64,000 bases of DNA, from positions 279,000,001-279,064,000 of the forward strand of contig OZ024741.1 of NCBI GenBank assembly GCA_964016885.1, read 5' to 3'. Every line of letters starts with the position of its first letter. The stretch's first letter is position 1. This stretch comes from Eledone cirrhosa. Lineage: Eukaryota. This document shows positions 44,441 to 59,914 of the stretch, in pieces. Made by a program: the position numbers and the translations under genes. The notes beneath the pieces are model-generated. The model was given only the letters and a program-made list of their open reading frames with translations, was not told the origin of the DNA and did no database searches.

Positions 44441-45730
44441 ATTCTTTCGTTGCTTGATGCCTTTTTTTCCTTTTTTCTTCCTTTTTTTCCTTTTTTCCTT
44501 TTGTCTTCCTTTTTTTGTTCCCTTTAATAGTGTTTTGTTTTTATTAGACACGACTAAATAATGAATATATGGATAAAATGAAAAGGAAACCAAATAATAT
44601 ACCTATATCGAAAGTAAACAATATTTGTTCAGTATATTTTTATGGTTAAAGAGACGAGCTATAAATCGAACAGTGTAGTTAGTGTACGGCCAACAGACGC
44701 CATTAAAATAAACCTACACTAGTGCACTCTTTATACATTGTCTTAATTACACGTCTATAATTCTCTTTTTTTCTCATTTTCATAGTTGTTATTGGCGATA
44801 TGTTTGTTAGTGATAATTGCAGTGGAGATAGGTGTATGTAGCTTAGCTTTTATCGTCATTTAAAACCGCCTGTTATGGCGCTTAAACCAATATACCAATA
44901 AGAAAGGCACGACCATCACAACTTCACAGTTCCTTTCATCATGAATATCTCGTTTCATTTTTGTTTGTTTGTTTGTTTGTTTGTTTCTTCTTTAAAAATA
45001 TGGTTGCTGTTTTTTTTCCCCTCATTTTAGTGGCGCGGAGCGGATACTTTTCTGTAGATTGGGGCATAGAGTTATGTTTGGTTGATAGACACAGTGGTGA
45101 GGATGGCAATGTTGATAAACATTTTTAAAAAAATGATAAAAATAACAGACAAACATTAAGAAACATAACGATAATATAGAAACAATATATGACATAAACA
45201 CTAGTAGTTTTTCATTCACAATTTCTGCTGTGGTAGCTTGTTTCTTCTACAAAGAAAAAAAGAAACATTGGAAGTAGGGTTCATATGTATTAATGTTGTT
45301 GCTGTGGTTATTATTGTTGTTGTTTTACATTCTGAGTTCAAATACCATAGAGGTCACTTTTGCTTTTCATCCTTCTGGGATTGTACCAGTAAAGTACTAG
45401 GGCCGATGTAATCAACATATGCCTTCTCACAAACGAGCCAACAAGTCTAGTGCTCTGAACAAACATACTTGCGTATTTTTGCCTTTATGTTTATTATATG
45501 TCCAGAATCAGCACATGCACCAGCGAAGAGATCTCTTATCTTTCCAATATCGTGTTCCCAGTGAACCACCAGATCACAATCATTTGCATACAACAAATCG
45601 TGAACTAGGGCCACGAGGGGTCTACGACTTTACTTTGAGCGGATTCGAGTTAAAACGTTTATCTGTTGCACAATAACGGCCAAAGATGCCTAACCCACAA
45701 TCTTGAAATGCATGGTCTGAAAACAAGGTT

Positions 45731-45946
<216 letters not shown>

Positions 45947-46134
45947 CGTTTGTATGTATGCATACATATATGTTTGCATACATACGTATATATATATATA
46001 ATATTGCTGTCTGATGAGATCGTGTGAATCGTTACGTAAAATCAGGTGGCCACGTTCGTCATTGAAATATGTATCACAGCTTTATTAATAAAGGAATCTT
46101 TACCATTTACAACTTCACATTTTCCTCATTCCCT

Positions 46135-46238
<104 letters not shown>

Positions 46239-46355
46239 ATATATATCCAGGGAGTGTAACTTATAGTGTCGAGGTGTAGAGCTAGACAGAGTGTATTACG
46301 GTAAAATAAAATAAAACAAGGACGATTGGTTACTCCTTCATTACATTTATTGGTT

Positions 46356-46440
46356 GGTGACGCGCGTTTCGCCCCTCATCAGCTCAAGGTTCAATCTGTA
46401 TTGATCTAGCCCGACTCTGTAATCCGTGGCTCGTCAGACC
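46356..46440 (-). ncRNA. Type I hammerhead with large stem II loop and palindromic stem III loop
   Basis: Minus strand ggt-CTGACGA-gcc-(about 55 nt)-ggc-GAAAC-gcgc-GTC-acc. Confidence 0.72.
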
Positions 46441-46458
46441 CCTTACAATGGTAATGGT

Positions 46459-46508
<50 letters not shown>

Positions 46509-46510
<2 letters not shown>

Positions 46511-46656
46511 TTTCAGAAGATCCCGTTAAGGGTGAAAGCACCGATTCTTTGCTTAAACTTTAATCTGTTATTTTAATAAATATTTGTTCTACGGTTCTTA
46601 TATATTTGATATATATTTATCCTTATCGAGCCCTCTTTGGTTTTTAGTCTTCAAAT

Positions 46657-46670
<14 letters not shown>
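46509..46670 (+). mobile_element. Family A short insertion starting exactly at hammerhead stem I
   Basis: (TA)n-g-agttt-CAGAAGA...aaact, then tail to ttattattat(TA)n. Confidence 0.78.
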
Positions 46671-46729
<59 letters not shown>

Positions 46730-46856
46730 TTGTAGTAAGGTTGCTTGGATGCGTCCATAGGTGGTATGTTGGGTGATCACTCTATGCTCCTTCGGAGCAG
46801 AGTATAATAATATGGAAAACCAAGAATCAGTGATGCATCGGAACACAATTTATTAT

Positions 46857-46945
46857 GTATTACAATTGTTTCTCCGGCGAACGGGTTGAGGTAAGATCTG
46901 TTTGTGTATCGAACCTGACTCTGGATTCGCAAATTTCTCAGATAC
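46857..46945 (-). ncRNA. Degenerate large-loop hammerhead-like motif
   Basis: Minus strand gtat-CTGAGAA-(about 60 nt)-GAAAC-aatt-GTA-atac; G8 not conserved. Confidence 0.45.
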
Positions 46946-47013
46946 GTCTAGTGATTTAGAATCCTCTTAGATAGATAGATAGATAGATATGTTTCTTTTA
47001 GATAGATAGATAA

Positions 47014-47080
<67 letters not shown>

Positions 47081-47408
47081 TCAATTAAAATGTTTTTTGT
47101 CTCTAATAATTATTAGAGACAAAAAACATTTTTATAATTATAATTAGACATTAGACATCTCAACGAAAATATAACATATAAAGATAAAATATCAGCTCAA
47201 AGAAGTAATTAAACATATTAAACTTAAGCCAAAATCTCGATTTAGTGAATCCCACCTTGTGCTAGGATGAAACGATTGTAAGTGATTAAATGTTTTAAAC
47301 ACTCTTCGATTGTTGTTTATGAAGTATTTCGGCTCTGTAATATAGTTGTTATTTTATATTGAGCTATACTCATACTTGTAATTGGATAATATTTAATATT
47401 ACCCACAT

Positions 47409-47447
<39 letters not shown>

Positions 47448-47468
47448 AATTATGTATGTATATATATG

Positions 47469-47592
<124 letters not shown>

Positions 47593-47715
47593 TATATGAA
47601 CTATATATATATATATATGTATATGTATATATATGTGTGTGTGTGTATATATGTAAGTATGTATGTATATATATATGAACTATATATATGAACTATATAT
47701 ATGTATATGTATATG

Positions 47716-47762
<47 letters not shown>

Positions 47763-48257
47763 GAATATGTATATACAAACCTACATATGTATGTTTGTAT
47801 CTATACACGTATATGTAAGTACAGATCAGAAAGGAAGGTTCGAAATATGAAATCATGCATAATAAAAGAATGACAGACACCTACACGAATATATTACTGA
47901 AAGCAGTGCTGTTACGTGGCTGGAGATATTTAATAAAATCGCAATAGTTTTCCATTTAAAATGAGAATATTCCTGTTAACACTATATATAATTGTATTAA
48001 ATTGATCACGTCTGGTCGCCAGGGCGCCATATTAATTCATTTTTTTTTGGGGGGGGGGTTATGATTTGGGTTTTTGTTTCCTTGATTTGTTTTATTTCTG
48101 TTGGAAAGTGGTATTACTTTTCAACGCTTGTTTCAGCTTCAATATTCCATTGCGCTTACTCCCCCTTCCCCCCTCTCTCTCCACGCTCTCTCTATCTCTC
48201 CCCCTCTCTCTTTATATATATATGTGTATATATATATGTGTATATATATATACATAG

Positions 48258-48368
<111 letters not shown>

Positions 48369-48378
48369 ATTATATATA

Positions 48379-48435
<57 letters not shown>

Positions 48436-48488
48436 TAAAATAACAGATTAAAGTTTAAGCAAAGAATCGCTATATATACATACATATA

Positions 48489-48542
<54 letters not shown>

Positions 48543-48854
48543 TTCTGGTGGGAGATTAATAAACCAAAGCTTAATACTTTGCATTCATTCACTTGGTGTG
48601 ATCTACAACTAATCAAAATTAATTGAGGATATAACCAATTATATCATATTTATATAATATAAATATATATATATATATATTATATTAATAAATGGAAACT
48701 ATATTTATAAAACCATATTTATTTTATTATACATATTTCAATGGCAACCAAGGCAAATTATGGTGCGCTTTCATCAAATAAAATACAGATTTGTTTTATA
48801 AATAAATATTGACATACCCGGAAAAAAAGACAACCGTAACGGTGCTTGTGTGAG

Positions 48855-48956
<102 letters not shown>

Positions 48957-49064
48957 TAAATATATACATATATATATATATATAGATATAATATATAATA
49001 TATATATGCATATATATATATACATATATCTATATATTCATATATATATATATATATGTATATT

Positions 49065-49102
<38 letters not shown>

Positions 49103-49143
49103 TGTAAATATATATATGTATATATATGTATATATATATATGC

Positions 49144-49203
<60 letters not shown>

Positions 49204-49208
<5 letters not shown>

Positions 49209-50922
49209 GGGTAAACTAGAAATCAATCTATGGGGCAACACTAACGAGGCAATTAAATGGTTCAATAAAATACAAAATAGGGATACGTGTAACTTCATAC
49301 AATTTGATATAGACGACTATTATGCATCCATATCCCCAGCTACCCTAGATAAGGCGCTTATATTTGCCCAAAATAACTCTGATCTTACCCATGATGAAAT
49401 TGAAATAATAATAGCGGCTAGAAGGACTATCGTAAAATTTGAAAATAACTACTGGGTAAGAAAGGATAGAATAAATAGCTTCGATATTACAATGGGTTCA
49501 AATGATTCTGCGCAAATTACAGATATCGTGGGGCTATTGATAGCACACAACCTACATAAGGAATTCAGTAACCTCCAAGGAGGAATTTATAGGGACGACA
49601 CGTTACTTATAGCTAGGAACCTAAACAACCAGAGCATGGAAAGACTAAGGAAAAATATTAGAATATTCTTCAAAAAACTAGGCCTAAGTATTACCTACGA
49701 ACTAAACCATAAGAAGGTAAATTTTCTAGATGTAACTCTAAATCTAAATACTGGATTAATAGAACCTTTCCACAAAAATAATGAAAATCTTGCCTACATT
49801 AGTTACAACTCAAATCACCCCAAATCCATAATTAAATCCATAGCACGTAGTATATCCCTCCGAATATCCCGCCTATCCTCAAACCTAGAAATCTTTAACG
49901 AGCATGCTGACTATTATAATGCAGCATTAAGTAGGGCCGGTCATAAAGATAAACTACAGTATATAGTGAATAAGGACAACATAAACAATCCTAGTAATTT
50001 CTACTCCAACCGCTCACATAATAATAAGAATAGCTTGACTAGACATAGGGTTAGACATGTAACACCTAGAGTAAACGGCCAAAACACTAATAACGTAAAC
50101 CCTAGAAACAATAGAAGAAACAGACAAAGGAAATACCTATGGTTCAACCCAATATTCAACTCCTCTATAAAAACTAGACTGCCCTCTATATTCTTTAAAC
50201 TAATAGATAAACACTTCCCTATCTCGCATAGATATCACAAACTACTCAATAGATCTACTATAAAACTCTCTTTTTCAACAGCAGCTAACATAGAATCACA
50301 CATACGCAAGATCAACCGCAGAAATATCTCAAGTAAATCAATTGCACCTATACATAAGCACAAACTCATCACAACATCACAACCACAAGCGCATACAAAC
50401 GCGCAGCAGCAAAACCCCATTGGGCATATATCACAACCCACTTATAACAGGGTACTAAATAGGAATGTAAAAGCTGCACATAATAGCGCCTCAAACTGCA
50501 ACTGTCACCTCCCAGATAGGTGCCCATTGGCGAATAGATGTCTCGATTCGAGTCTGGTGTACATGTGCACTGTCATCTCGGGTAACTCCACTTGGAATTA
50601 CATAGGATCCACCGCGGGTTCTTTTAAGAAAAGATGGTATGTGCACAGGCACTCGATGAAAAACCGAGCTCTTATGGGTTCCACCACCCTCGCCAGAAAA
50701 ATATGGGAATTGAAGGACAGCAACGCTAGCTACACTATCAACTGGTCGAAGTTGTCGGCTGCTAAAACCTATAGTACAGGTATGTCCTATTGCGGGCTGT
50801 GTGATCTTGAGCTATTGTATATCCTTAGAAATGTTAAAAGACTACTTAATAATAAGTTAGAAAGATCTATCTTCTGCAGGCATAGAATAGCCACTAAATT
50901 CATAAGATTCAAACCTCCGTGA
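49204..50922 (+). CDS. Penelope-like element polyprotein, 5'-truncated: RT plus C-terminal GIY-YIG endonuclease (Naiad-like)
   Basis: Open from 49204: [43 protein letters not shown]; CNC-x5-CPL-x3-C, VYMC..YIGST..FKKRW..H, CGLC, CRH. Confidence 0.92.
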
Positions 50923-51256
50923 ATCGAACCAACATAACATAGCTTTAAATTAGGATACCTACTACCCACAAAAAAAATATATATTCATTAAGTATACTAT
51001 TTCCTTCACAAGTCTATACCACACAATAGTCTGTAAATACCTCATCTACCAACAATCTTACTCCTTCTCAGCTGCTGCAATCATTTGATCCTAGATCCTA
51101 GTTTTTCTCATTTCACTACTACAATGTTACTTTACCTTCTTTTTGCCATATTACAATTAGCACGCTTTTCTCTTTGCATGTATGTATATTTTTGTACGAG
51201 TGTATATTAGTGTGTATGTATGTGTCTATGTACACATATATGTGTATATGTATTTA

Positions 51257-51338
<82 letters not shown>

Positions 51339-51701
51339 CGTAGATATATGCGTATATTAATTCGTTAACCTCTGTATTAACTCTACAACTATTGAGCTTT
51401 GACAGTGGTCCCACTCATGTATACGGTTGAAGATGAAGAGAAAGACTGTAAAAACTAGCTTATCTTTATAATTTAAAATTGATACACACTACGATACTTT
51501 TTGCCTTATGACAGCTGGTTTTCACGCCGTAACATTAGATACATTATATACCCCCCACCTAAGTAATGTCAGGGTCTCCTTAAATAGTTTATTGATAGCA
51601 TTGTTGTAATAATTGTTGTTGTTTATTGTTCTAATTGAATGCCATAACTACTCCATATTTTCTTTTATTTTCTTGCCTGTGTATTTTCTTCATTCTCGCA
51701 T

Positions 51702-51807
51702 GCTCCGAAGATCTGACTGGTTATAATTCTGTATTGGCGATCGAGTGACGCAAAATTAGGCGGATAGCGATCTCTAGACATACCAGTTCAGTGAAACAAA
51801 TGTAAGC
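51702..51807 (+). ncRNA. Hammerhead in PLE pseudo-LTR (CCGAAGA core, extended stem II)
   Basis: gct-CCGAAGA-t-ctga-ctggt-(about 60 nt)-accag-t-tcag-t-GAAAC-aaat-GTA-agc. Confidence 0.65.
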
Positions 51808-52033
51808 TATGTGATTAAAAACTTTTTTGTATAGCAAACCATGTAAACCTTCTTTCCTGATTTATTATTACTCCAAGTGTTTACAACATAGGAATTACAG
51901 CATACCCGCAGCATCACTATGAAAACGCCTTGTTGAGTCAAACCAAGCCAAGCGTTAATATCATCCACTACCTGGAATACCATAACTGGACTTCACCTAA
52001 GTGGACTGCATTTAACTATTATTTGTTAATCCG

Positions 52034-52082
<49 letters not shown>

Positions 52083-52606
52083 AAATATATATATGTATAT
52101 ATATTTATTAAAATAACAGATTAAAGTTTAAGCAAAGAATCGCTACCCTTAACTGGATCTTCTGAAACTAACAAAGTCAATCTGTAAACGCAGAAGTGGA
52201 TATTTCAAAAAAAGTTGATATATATTTATCCTTATCGAACCCAAAGTATTTTCCCATTATGCGCCCTTTTCGCTGTATTAGATTACAGACAAGCAAGCAT
52301 GCAGGCAATCACATAATTTTAGTAGCATATAGATTTATATAAGTGTGTGTGTATGTGGGTTGTAGATATGTGTATATATTTATATATGTATGAGCAAAAT
52401 TATTTTTTCCATTCCTTCCACTTCTCGCTCTATCTTTCTAGTTCATCTTTTAAGAACGACTAATGTCCGAAACGCTAAAACTCTTTTCCTATTATATCAA
52501 ACGTTAAACCCGTATATTTCCTCATTGTATTATGTCACTTGCTTTGTTATTTGTGTTTAATATTTGCATACATACATACTAACACACACACACACACACA
52601 TATATA

Positions 52607-52681
<75 letters not shown>

Positions 52682-52781
52682 CATATATATATACATATGT
52701 ATATATATATACATATATATATATACATATACATACATATATATACATATATATATACATACATATATATACATATATATA

Positions 52782-52835
<54 letters not shown>

Positions 52836-52918
52836 CATATATATATACATACACATATATACATACATATACATACATATATATATATATATATATCCAT
52901 ATATATATATACATACAT

Positions 52919-53024
<106 letters not shown>

Positions 53025-53152
53025 CTCTTATCTTTTCATTTCTTTTGCCTGTTGCAGCCGACGGGCTAAAGCTATGCTAGGGCACCACCATTGTTGCTAT
53101 ATTTTCTATTGCCGTCCTTCCATGAATGGCCATTGATACATGAGGGAATTTA

Positions 53153-53227
<75 letters not shown>

Positions 53228-53255
53228 CATACATACACACATATATGTATGTAGG

Positions 53256-53358
<103 letters not shown>

Positions 53359-53393
53359 TATATACATATATATATATATACATATATATATAC

Positions 53394-53428
<35 letters not shown>

Positions 53429-53441
53429 CATATATATATAC

Positions 53442-53540
<99 letters not shown>

Positions 53541-53552
53541 TATATGCGCGCG

Positions 53553-53583
<31 letters not shown>

Positions 53584-53915
53584 TTATTGACGATTTCAAC
53601 TAAAGTATTTACGACTCAGATGAGAATTTCCAACACAAAGGTTTTATCTCACAGCACTATATTTTCAAGCTGATGTTTACTAATTTAACTGACTGAAACA
53701 AAGCAATGTTCCAAACTCCCCTGCGATCATAACCGTTTCAAACAATGCTAAGGATGCTTGTCTAACAATCACCATACAAATCACCAGTGATTTGTATGTG
53801 TAAGTATGATTCCGTGTGTGTGTTTTTATATGGGTTAATGTGTTTGGGAGTGTGCATATTTGCGTGTACTTAAATGTGTATTAATATATATAAAGGTGTA
53901 GTAAGTTATATATTA

Positions 53916-53954
<39 letters not shown>

Positions 53955-54179
53955 ATATATAATTAGGTTGTAACATGTGTTAACGCCGTATTTGACTAAA
54001 TAGAATTAGTTTGGTTTTTAAATAATCCTCTGAATGGAAAAAAAAAGGATAAATATTGACGTACATGGGACACGAAACCACATCTATGGTTTGCCGGACC
54101 AATGTGTTACCATTACACCAATACACCACCCATGTCCCTTTCATTCAATTAGAAGCTATATAACCATAGCAGGTATATA

Positions 54180-54253
<74 letters not shown>

Positions 54254-54315
54254 CACATACATACACACACACATATATATATATATAACACATACATACA
54301 TATACATATATATAT

Positions 54316-54375
<60 letters not shown>

Positions 54376-54815
54376 AATTAAGAATAATCTTCTAAAAAAG
54401 GAATGGAAGAGAACTACTGTTAAATAAGGTACTCAATACATTAGTAGAGAAGATACATATTTATTTTATAGAGGGGACTAGAACTATTTTGATTAAAATA
54501 ACAGGAGTTCGGATTGGTGAAGTTTCCTTAAAGTTTTATTGTTGCAAAAACACTATATACATTTCAATGGCCTGGTTACGTCAGATAATGACGACATCAT
54601 CAGGTTCAGATTGCATAATTAGTTAATCAATAAAGGAATTACGGCAAACATGACGGATGAGTAAAAATAGTATTCAGTATCGAAGTAGAGTTTAAATATT
54701 CCTTTATTATGGCTAAATAGTAAGTCATATTATTCTGGAGTTTCACCTGCGCACTCATAGGGTCATTAGACAAGAGCAGAGTAACAAGACTCACTATTTA
54801 GCTATAATAAATGAA

Positions 54816-54866
<51 letters not shown>

Positions 54867-54913
54867 GTGCGCGCGCGTGTGTGTGTGTGTGTGGGTGTGT
54901 GTGTGTGTGGGTG

Positions 54914-54959
<46 letters not shown>

Positions 54960-54962
54960 CGC

Positions 54963-54997
<35 letters not shown>

Positions 54998-55010
54998 CAT
55001 GCATGTGTGC

Positions 55011-55056
<46 letters not shown>

Positions 55057-55404
55057 TAACGAAATTATGTGGATGAAAGATCCCAACAGTCTCGGCCGAT
55101 CCATACTCACTGAAGGATGTGCAGTACTTGAACGTAAGAACGTGCAATACCTTTAGCTCACAGTGCAGACTATACATGTTAATTAATAAATAAAAAAAAA
55201 GCAGCGGCAACACGGGTAATGATAATAGCGTATCGTAAGTGGCCCGACTAACGTTAGTTTCTGCAGAACAGAACTAATCAGACAGTTACAGCTGCACATG
55301 TCATTCACAGTGGTTATGTATTCCATTAAAACATTATTTACCTTATTCCGTAATGCGTCATTGGCAGATGAAAAGTCCTTCAGAACAACGGAGAGCTCAA
55401 GTAT

Positions 55405-55479
<75 letters not shown>

Positions 55480-55538
55480 CATCATCAGGTCGAGCTTGCT
55501 CGGCTTTCTACGACACGCTTCCTCCATCCATCTCTCAT

Positions 55539-55581
<43 letters not shown>

Positions 55582-55598
55582 TATACACATACATATGA

Positions 55599-55651
<53 letters not shown>

Positions 55652-55668
55652 TATATACATACATATGA

Positions 55669-56036
<368 letters not shown>

Positions 56037-56395
56037 CATAATGGATGCAGTAAAAAGCAGTTAGACCATTGCTCACTAGAGTACTCCATACTTGGAGTTG
56101 CAGAGATCCGAACTCAGTTCCGATCTGGCTGTTGAAACGGCTGGAGTTCAGCTGTCGAGGTCCCGAATCCTTCATATATATATATATATATATATATATC
56201 ATTATCTATAATAGATTGGCAGTATCGGTAGAGAGTCGGACACCATGCTTTGAAGCATAGAGTTACGTCCCTTTATGATCTGAGTTCAAATCCTGCCGAG
56301 GTTAACTTTGCCTTTCATCCTTACGGAGTCGATAAAATTAAGTACCAGTAATGTACTGGGTAATTGCTGGCCTTGTGCCTAAAATAGACCAATTA

Positions 56396-56424
56396 TCTAT
56401 AAAAAGCAGATTGTTGTTGTTATT

Positions 56425-56456
<32 letters not shown>

Positions 56457-57101
56457 TGCATGTTCCATGTTTATACATTTGCACAATTTCAAACCGATTC
56501 GACTCAACGTCTTTAAGAATGTTGTAAATGGTCTAACTTAGGTCAACGACTATTTATTTTTACGAAAATAATCGATAAAACTAAATACATGATGCTTTAC
56601 CCCTCTAATAGAATCTCATTAACTCTCTCTACTCCCCTTAAAATTCGATACAACTACATACATGCTGCAACTTTCTCTTATATACGCTTAAACCACTCCT
56701 TACAAACTTCCTTTAGGAACTCAGAATAAACCTGCTACAAACAGCAGCTAGCTCTTCCCCATATCACACCCCTCCCAACTGTCTTAAATTTAGAAAACAC
56801 ACATTAGACAACCATGCAGAACAACTCCATCGCAGCTCTGTTGTTCGGCCGGCATCAACTACGCGCGTGTTGCGCAAGCACTGTGAAACAATAAATTTCA
56901 ACACTTCTTTGCACAGAGATAATATCCATAGGCGAAACTACAATTGTCACTGCTGACGCAGCTCAGCTCCTGCTTCGGCAGTCCAGGTCTGCAATTCATT
57001 CACCCAGTGCCTGGCAGACAAAAAAGTGCTGTCATAAAATGGGTGGTGCAATTAACTTTGGTAACTTACTGACCCCGAGCAACGCCGGGCTTTAATGCAA
57101 G
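56396..57101 (+). mobile_element. Probable non-autonomous Helitron
   Basis: 5' a|tctataaaaagcag..(TG)n..accgatt; 3' hairpin cccgagcaacgccggg plus caag|t (CTAG variant). Confidence 0.55.
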
Positions 57102-57244
57102 TATATATATATATATGAATGTATGTATAGTATATTTGGCAATATACAGTATGTTTAATTAAAAACATTTTGAAGACCATACGTTATGGGTTTTAAAGTA
57201 GTGACTATGTCACTCACTTCTTTTCGACGAAAGAAGGGAGAGAA

Positions 57245-57284
57245 GCTAACAGTCTGTTTCAGGCTGTTTGGCGATCATCAGAGC
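57245..57284 (-). ncRNA. Hammerhead-like motif of family F
   Basis: Minus strand gct-CTGATGA-t-cgccaaacagcc-t-GAAA-cag-a-ctg-TT-agc; stem II weakened. Confidence 0.58.
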
Positions 57285-57392
57285 CACGCACTCCTTCTTC
57301 CGCCGAAAATTATAGAAGCTGGATTCTTATAGAATTCCAGTAATAATCAGGAGGTGATTATACAGAGCGATTGCCGGTCTAGCAGAAAAAAA

Positions 57393-57426
<34 letters not shown>

Positions 57427-57434
57427 CACACACA

Positions 57435-57555
<121 letters not shown>

Positions 57556-57584
57556 CATATATATACATATACATATATATATAC

Positions 57585-57648
<64 letters not shown>

Positions 57649-58508
57649 ATATATACATATATATACATACATACATACATGCATGCATACATGACGATGG
57701 CTGTCCACTCGTTATCAAGTATAGCCATTGCACGATATAACATTATTAATAATTATTAATTAACGCTATCGTGCAATTCCTGTGCGTGAAGATTTTCTTT
57801 CTTTTTTTTAAGTGAGGAAAGACTGTGCACTGAGCCAATCCCACTCTCTGGGCGACAGTAGCTATAACCCGAAGAGAAGAAAAGATCAACATCATCGGTA
57901 ACTACTGAGCCGCAGGTTTTATGTCGGAGTTATCCCAGTTTCCTGAGTTGCCTTCTCCTAGAAGAATGCCCTGACAAAGGCTAGGGGTCCTTCACTCCCA
58001 CTGGTTTAACCGCGCGATCAGGTATCCAGCCCGACTATTTCTATGTCCCCGCGCATATACATACACGTGCACACATGCATATACATATATACATATATAC
58101 ATATACATACATATGTATAGACATATTTACACATTTTTGGATGGCCGTTGACTCTTAAGAGTTCTTCCGCCCTTTGCATACATACGTACGTACATACATA
58201 CATACATACATACATACATACATACATACATACATACATACATGCGTGCGTGCATGCACACCAGTAGTAGTACCCGACGTTGCTCGGGAAAGAGATAACT
58301 CTGTCAGTGGACAATTACTTGGAAAATAATAATTGCAACTCTGCATCAATATATTATTTAAAGCACAATGTTTATATTATGTGTGTGTCTGTATTTATGT
58401 ATGTGTGCATGTGTGTATGTGTCTAGGGCGGGTAAAATTCCCCAGATCCATGGACGAGTTCTCTCCAGCGGTCTCTGTCCCTCATTATCGGTGCCGTGTG
58501 TAGTTGTG

Positions 58509-58619
<111 letters not shown>

Positions 58620-59219
58620 TGTGTGTGTGCGTGTGTGTGTGTGTGTGCAAATCAGTTGTAATGAAGCAAACGGAAAATGGAACCAAACACGAACAAACTG
58701 CCAGTACTGAAATATGGACGAAAAAGAACTGGTGAGCGTGACAATACAGCAACAGTAACGAAAACCTCCGATCATCAGCCAACTCCTCTAAACCAACAGT
58801 TTTACTGTTAGAAAATCGTCCGGAAACCATAAGCTAGTGTCCCACCATGACAATACTCCCAAATGAAGAAGGCGTCATACGAAAGAGATGAAACAATTGG
58901 AGAGGAAAGAAACTAATATGCAGACGACCCACACATGAAACAAACAGGTAAGCTTGACGAACAGAAAGATTACAGGTAAATCGATCGAGCGAATCGATCG
59001 ACAGGTTTCCAAACTTTACTTGCTTACCGAGTAGGGTGGAACTCGTCAAATCGGACCAAGGAAACAATGTTCCCATTGGTATTTCCTATTGCTGATGCTA
59101 TCAGATAGCAGCTATCTACTGGTCGCAACAGATATAGATAAATACCTGGAATAAAATCAGAGACAAGAACAAAATAGCGGAAAGGGGCGGCCAATGCGTG
59201 GACCCCCATTTTCTAACAA

Positions 59220-59222
59220 TAG

Positions 59223-59254
<32 letters not shown>

Positions 59255-59450
59255 ACACCACTACTATTACTACTACAATTTCAACCCCTACTACTACTAC
59301 CACCACCGCTACTACTATTACCACCACCGCCACCACTACTAATACTACTCCTACAACTACTACTACCACTACTACTACAACCACCACCACCACTACTACC
59401 ATTACTACTATTACTACTACTACTACTACTACTACTACTACCAATACTAT

Positions 59451-59498
<48 letters not shown>

Positions 59499-59590
59499 GA
59501 ACAATGCTACCACCAGCATTACTACAACTGCTAACACCACAACCATTACCACTACCACCATCACCTCCTCCACATCTACCACCACCACCA
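59220..59590. repeat. (ACT/ACC)n tract
   Basis: Directly visible. Confidence 0.92.
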
Positions 59591-59914
59591 TAGAAGACAT
59601 AGAAAGAGAATGAGAGAATGTGGTAAAGATATATTCAGAGGGGAAAAGCGTAAACTACAGAGAGAGACAGATAGATATATAGAGAGAGGTATTGTGACAG
59701 TTGTGGATTCTAATGATATTCTATATTGGCCATTTGAAGTTGATTTATATGTTGTAACAATTACATTTTTTTTATTAATAAGAACGCTAAAACATTCTCC
59801 TTGGGAGGCAGATTTCGAAAACAAAAACCGTTTTTCTCTAGGATGCACCGTTTCAGGGCCTTTGAGAGACATACACACATACACTCTCATTTATAGTATA
59901 TATATATATATATA

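Larger units (their letters stand above)
49204..52032 (+). mobile_element. Penelope-like element including 3' pseudo-LTR, inserted in (TA)n
   Basis: ORF plus about 1.1 kb non-coding region containing a hammerhead; (TA)n on both sides. Confidence 0.8.

Noticed and set aside
49204-52032. Selenoprotein-type Naiad element
   Set aside because: No internal in-frame TGA in the retained ORF and no SECIS recognised by eye
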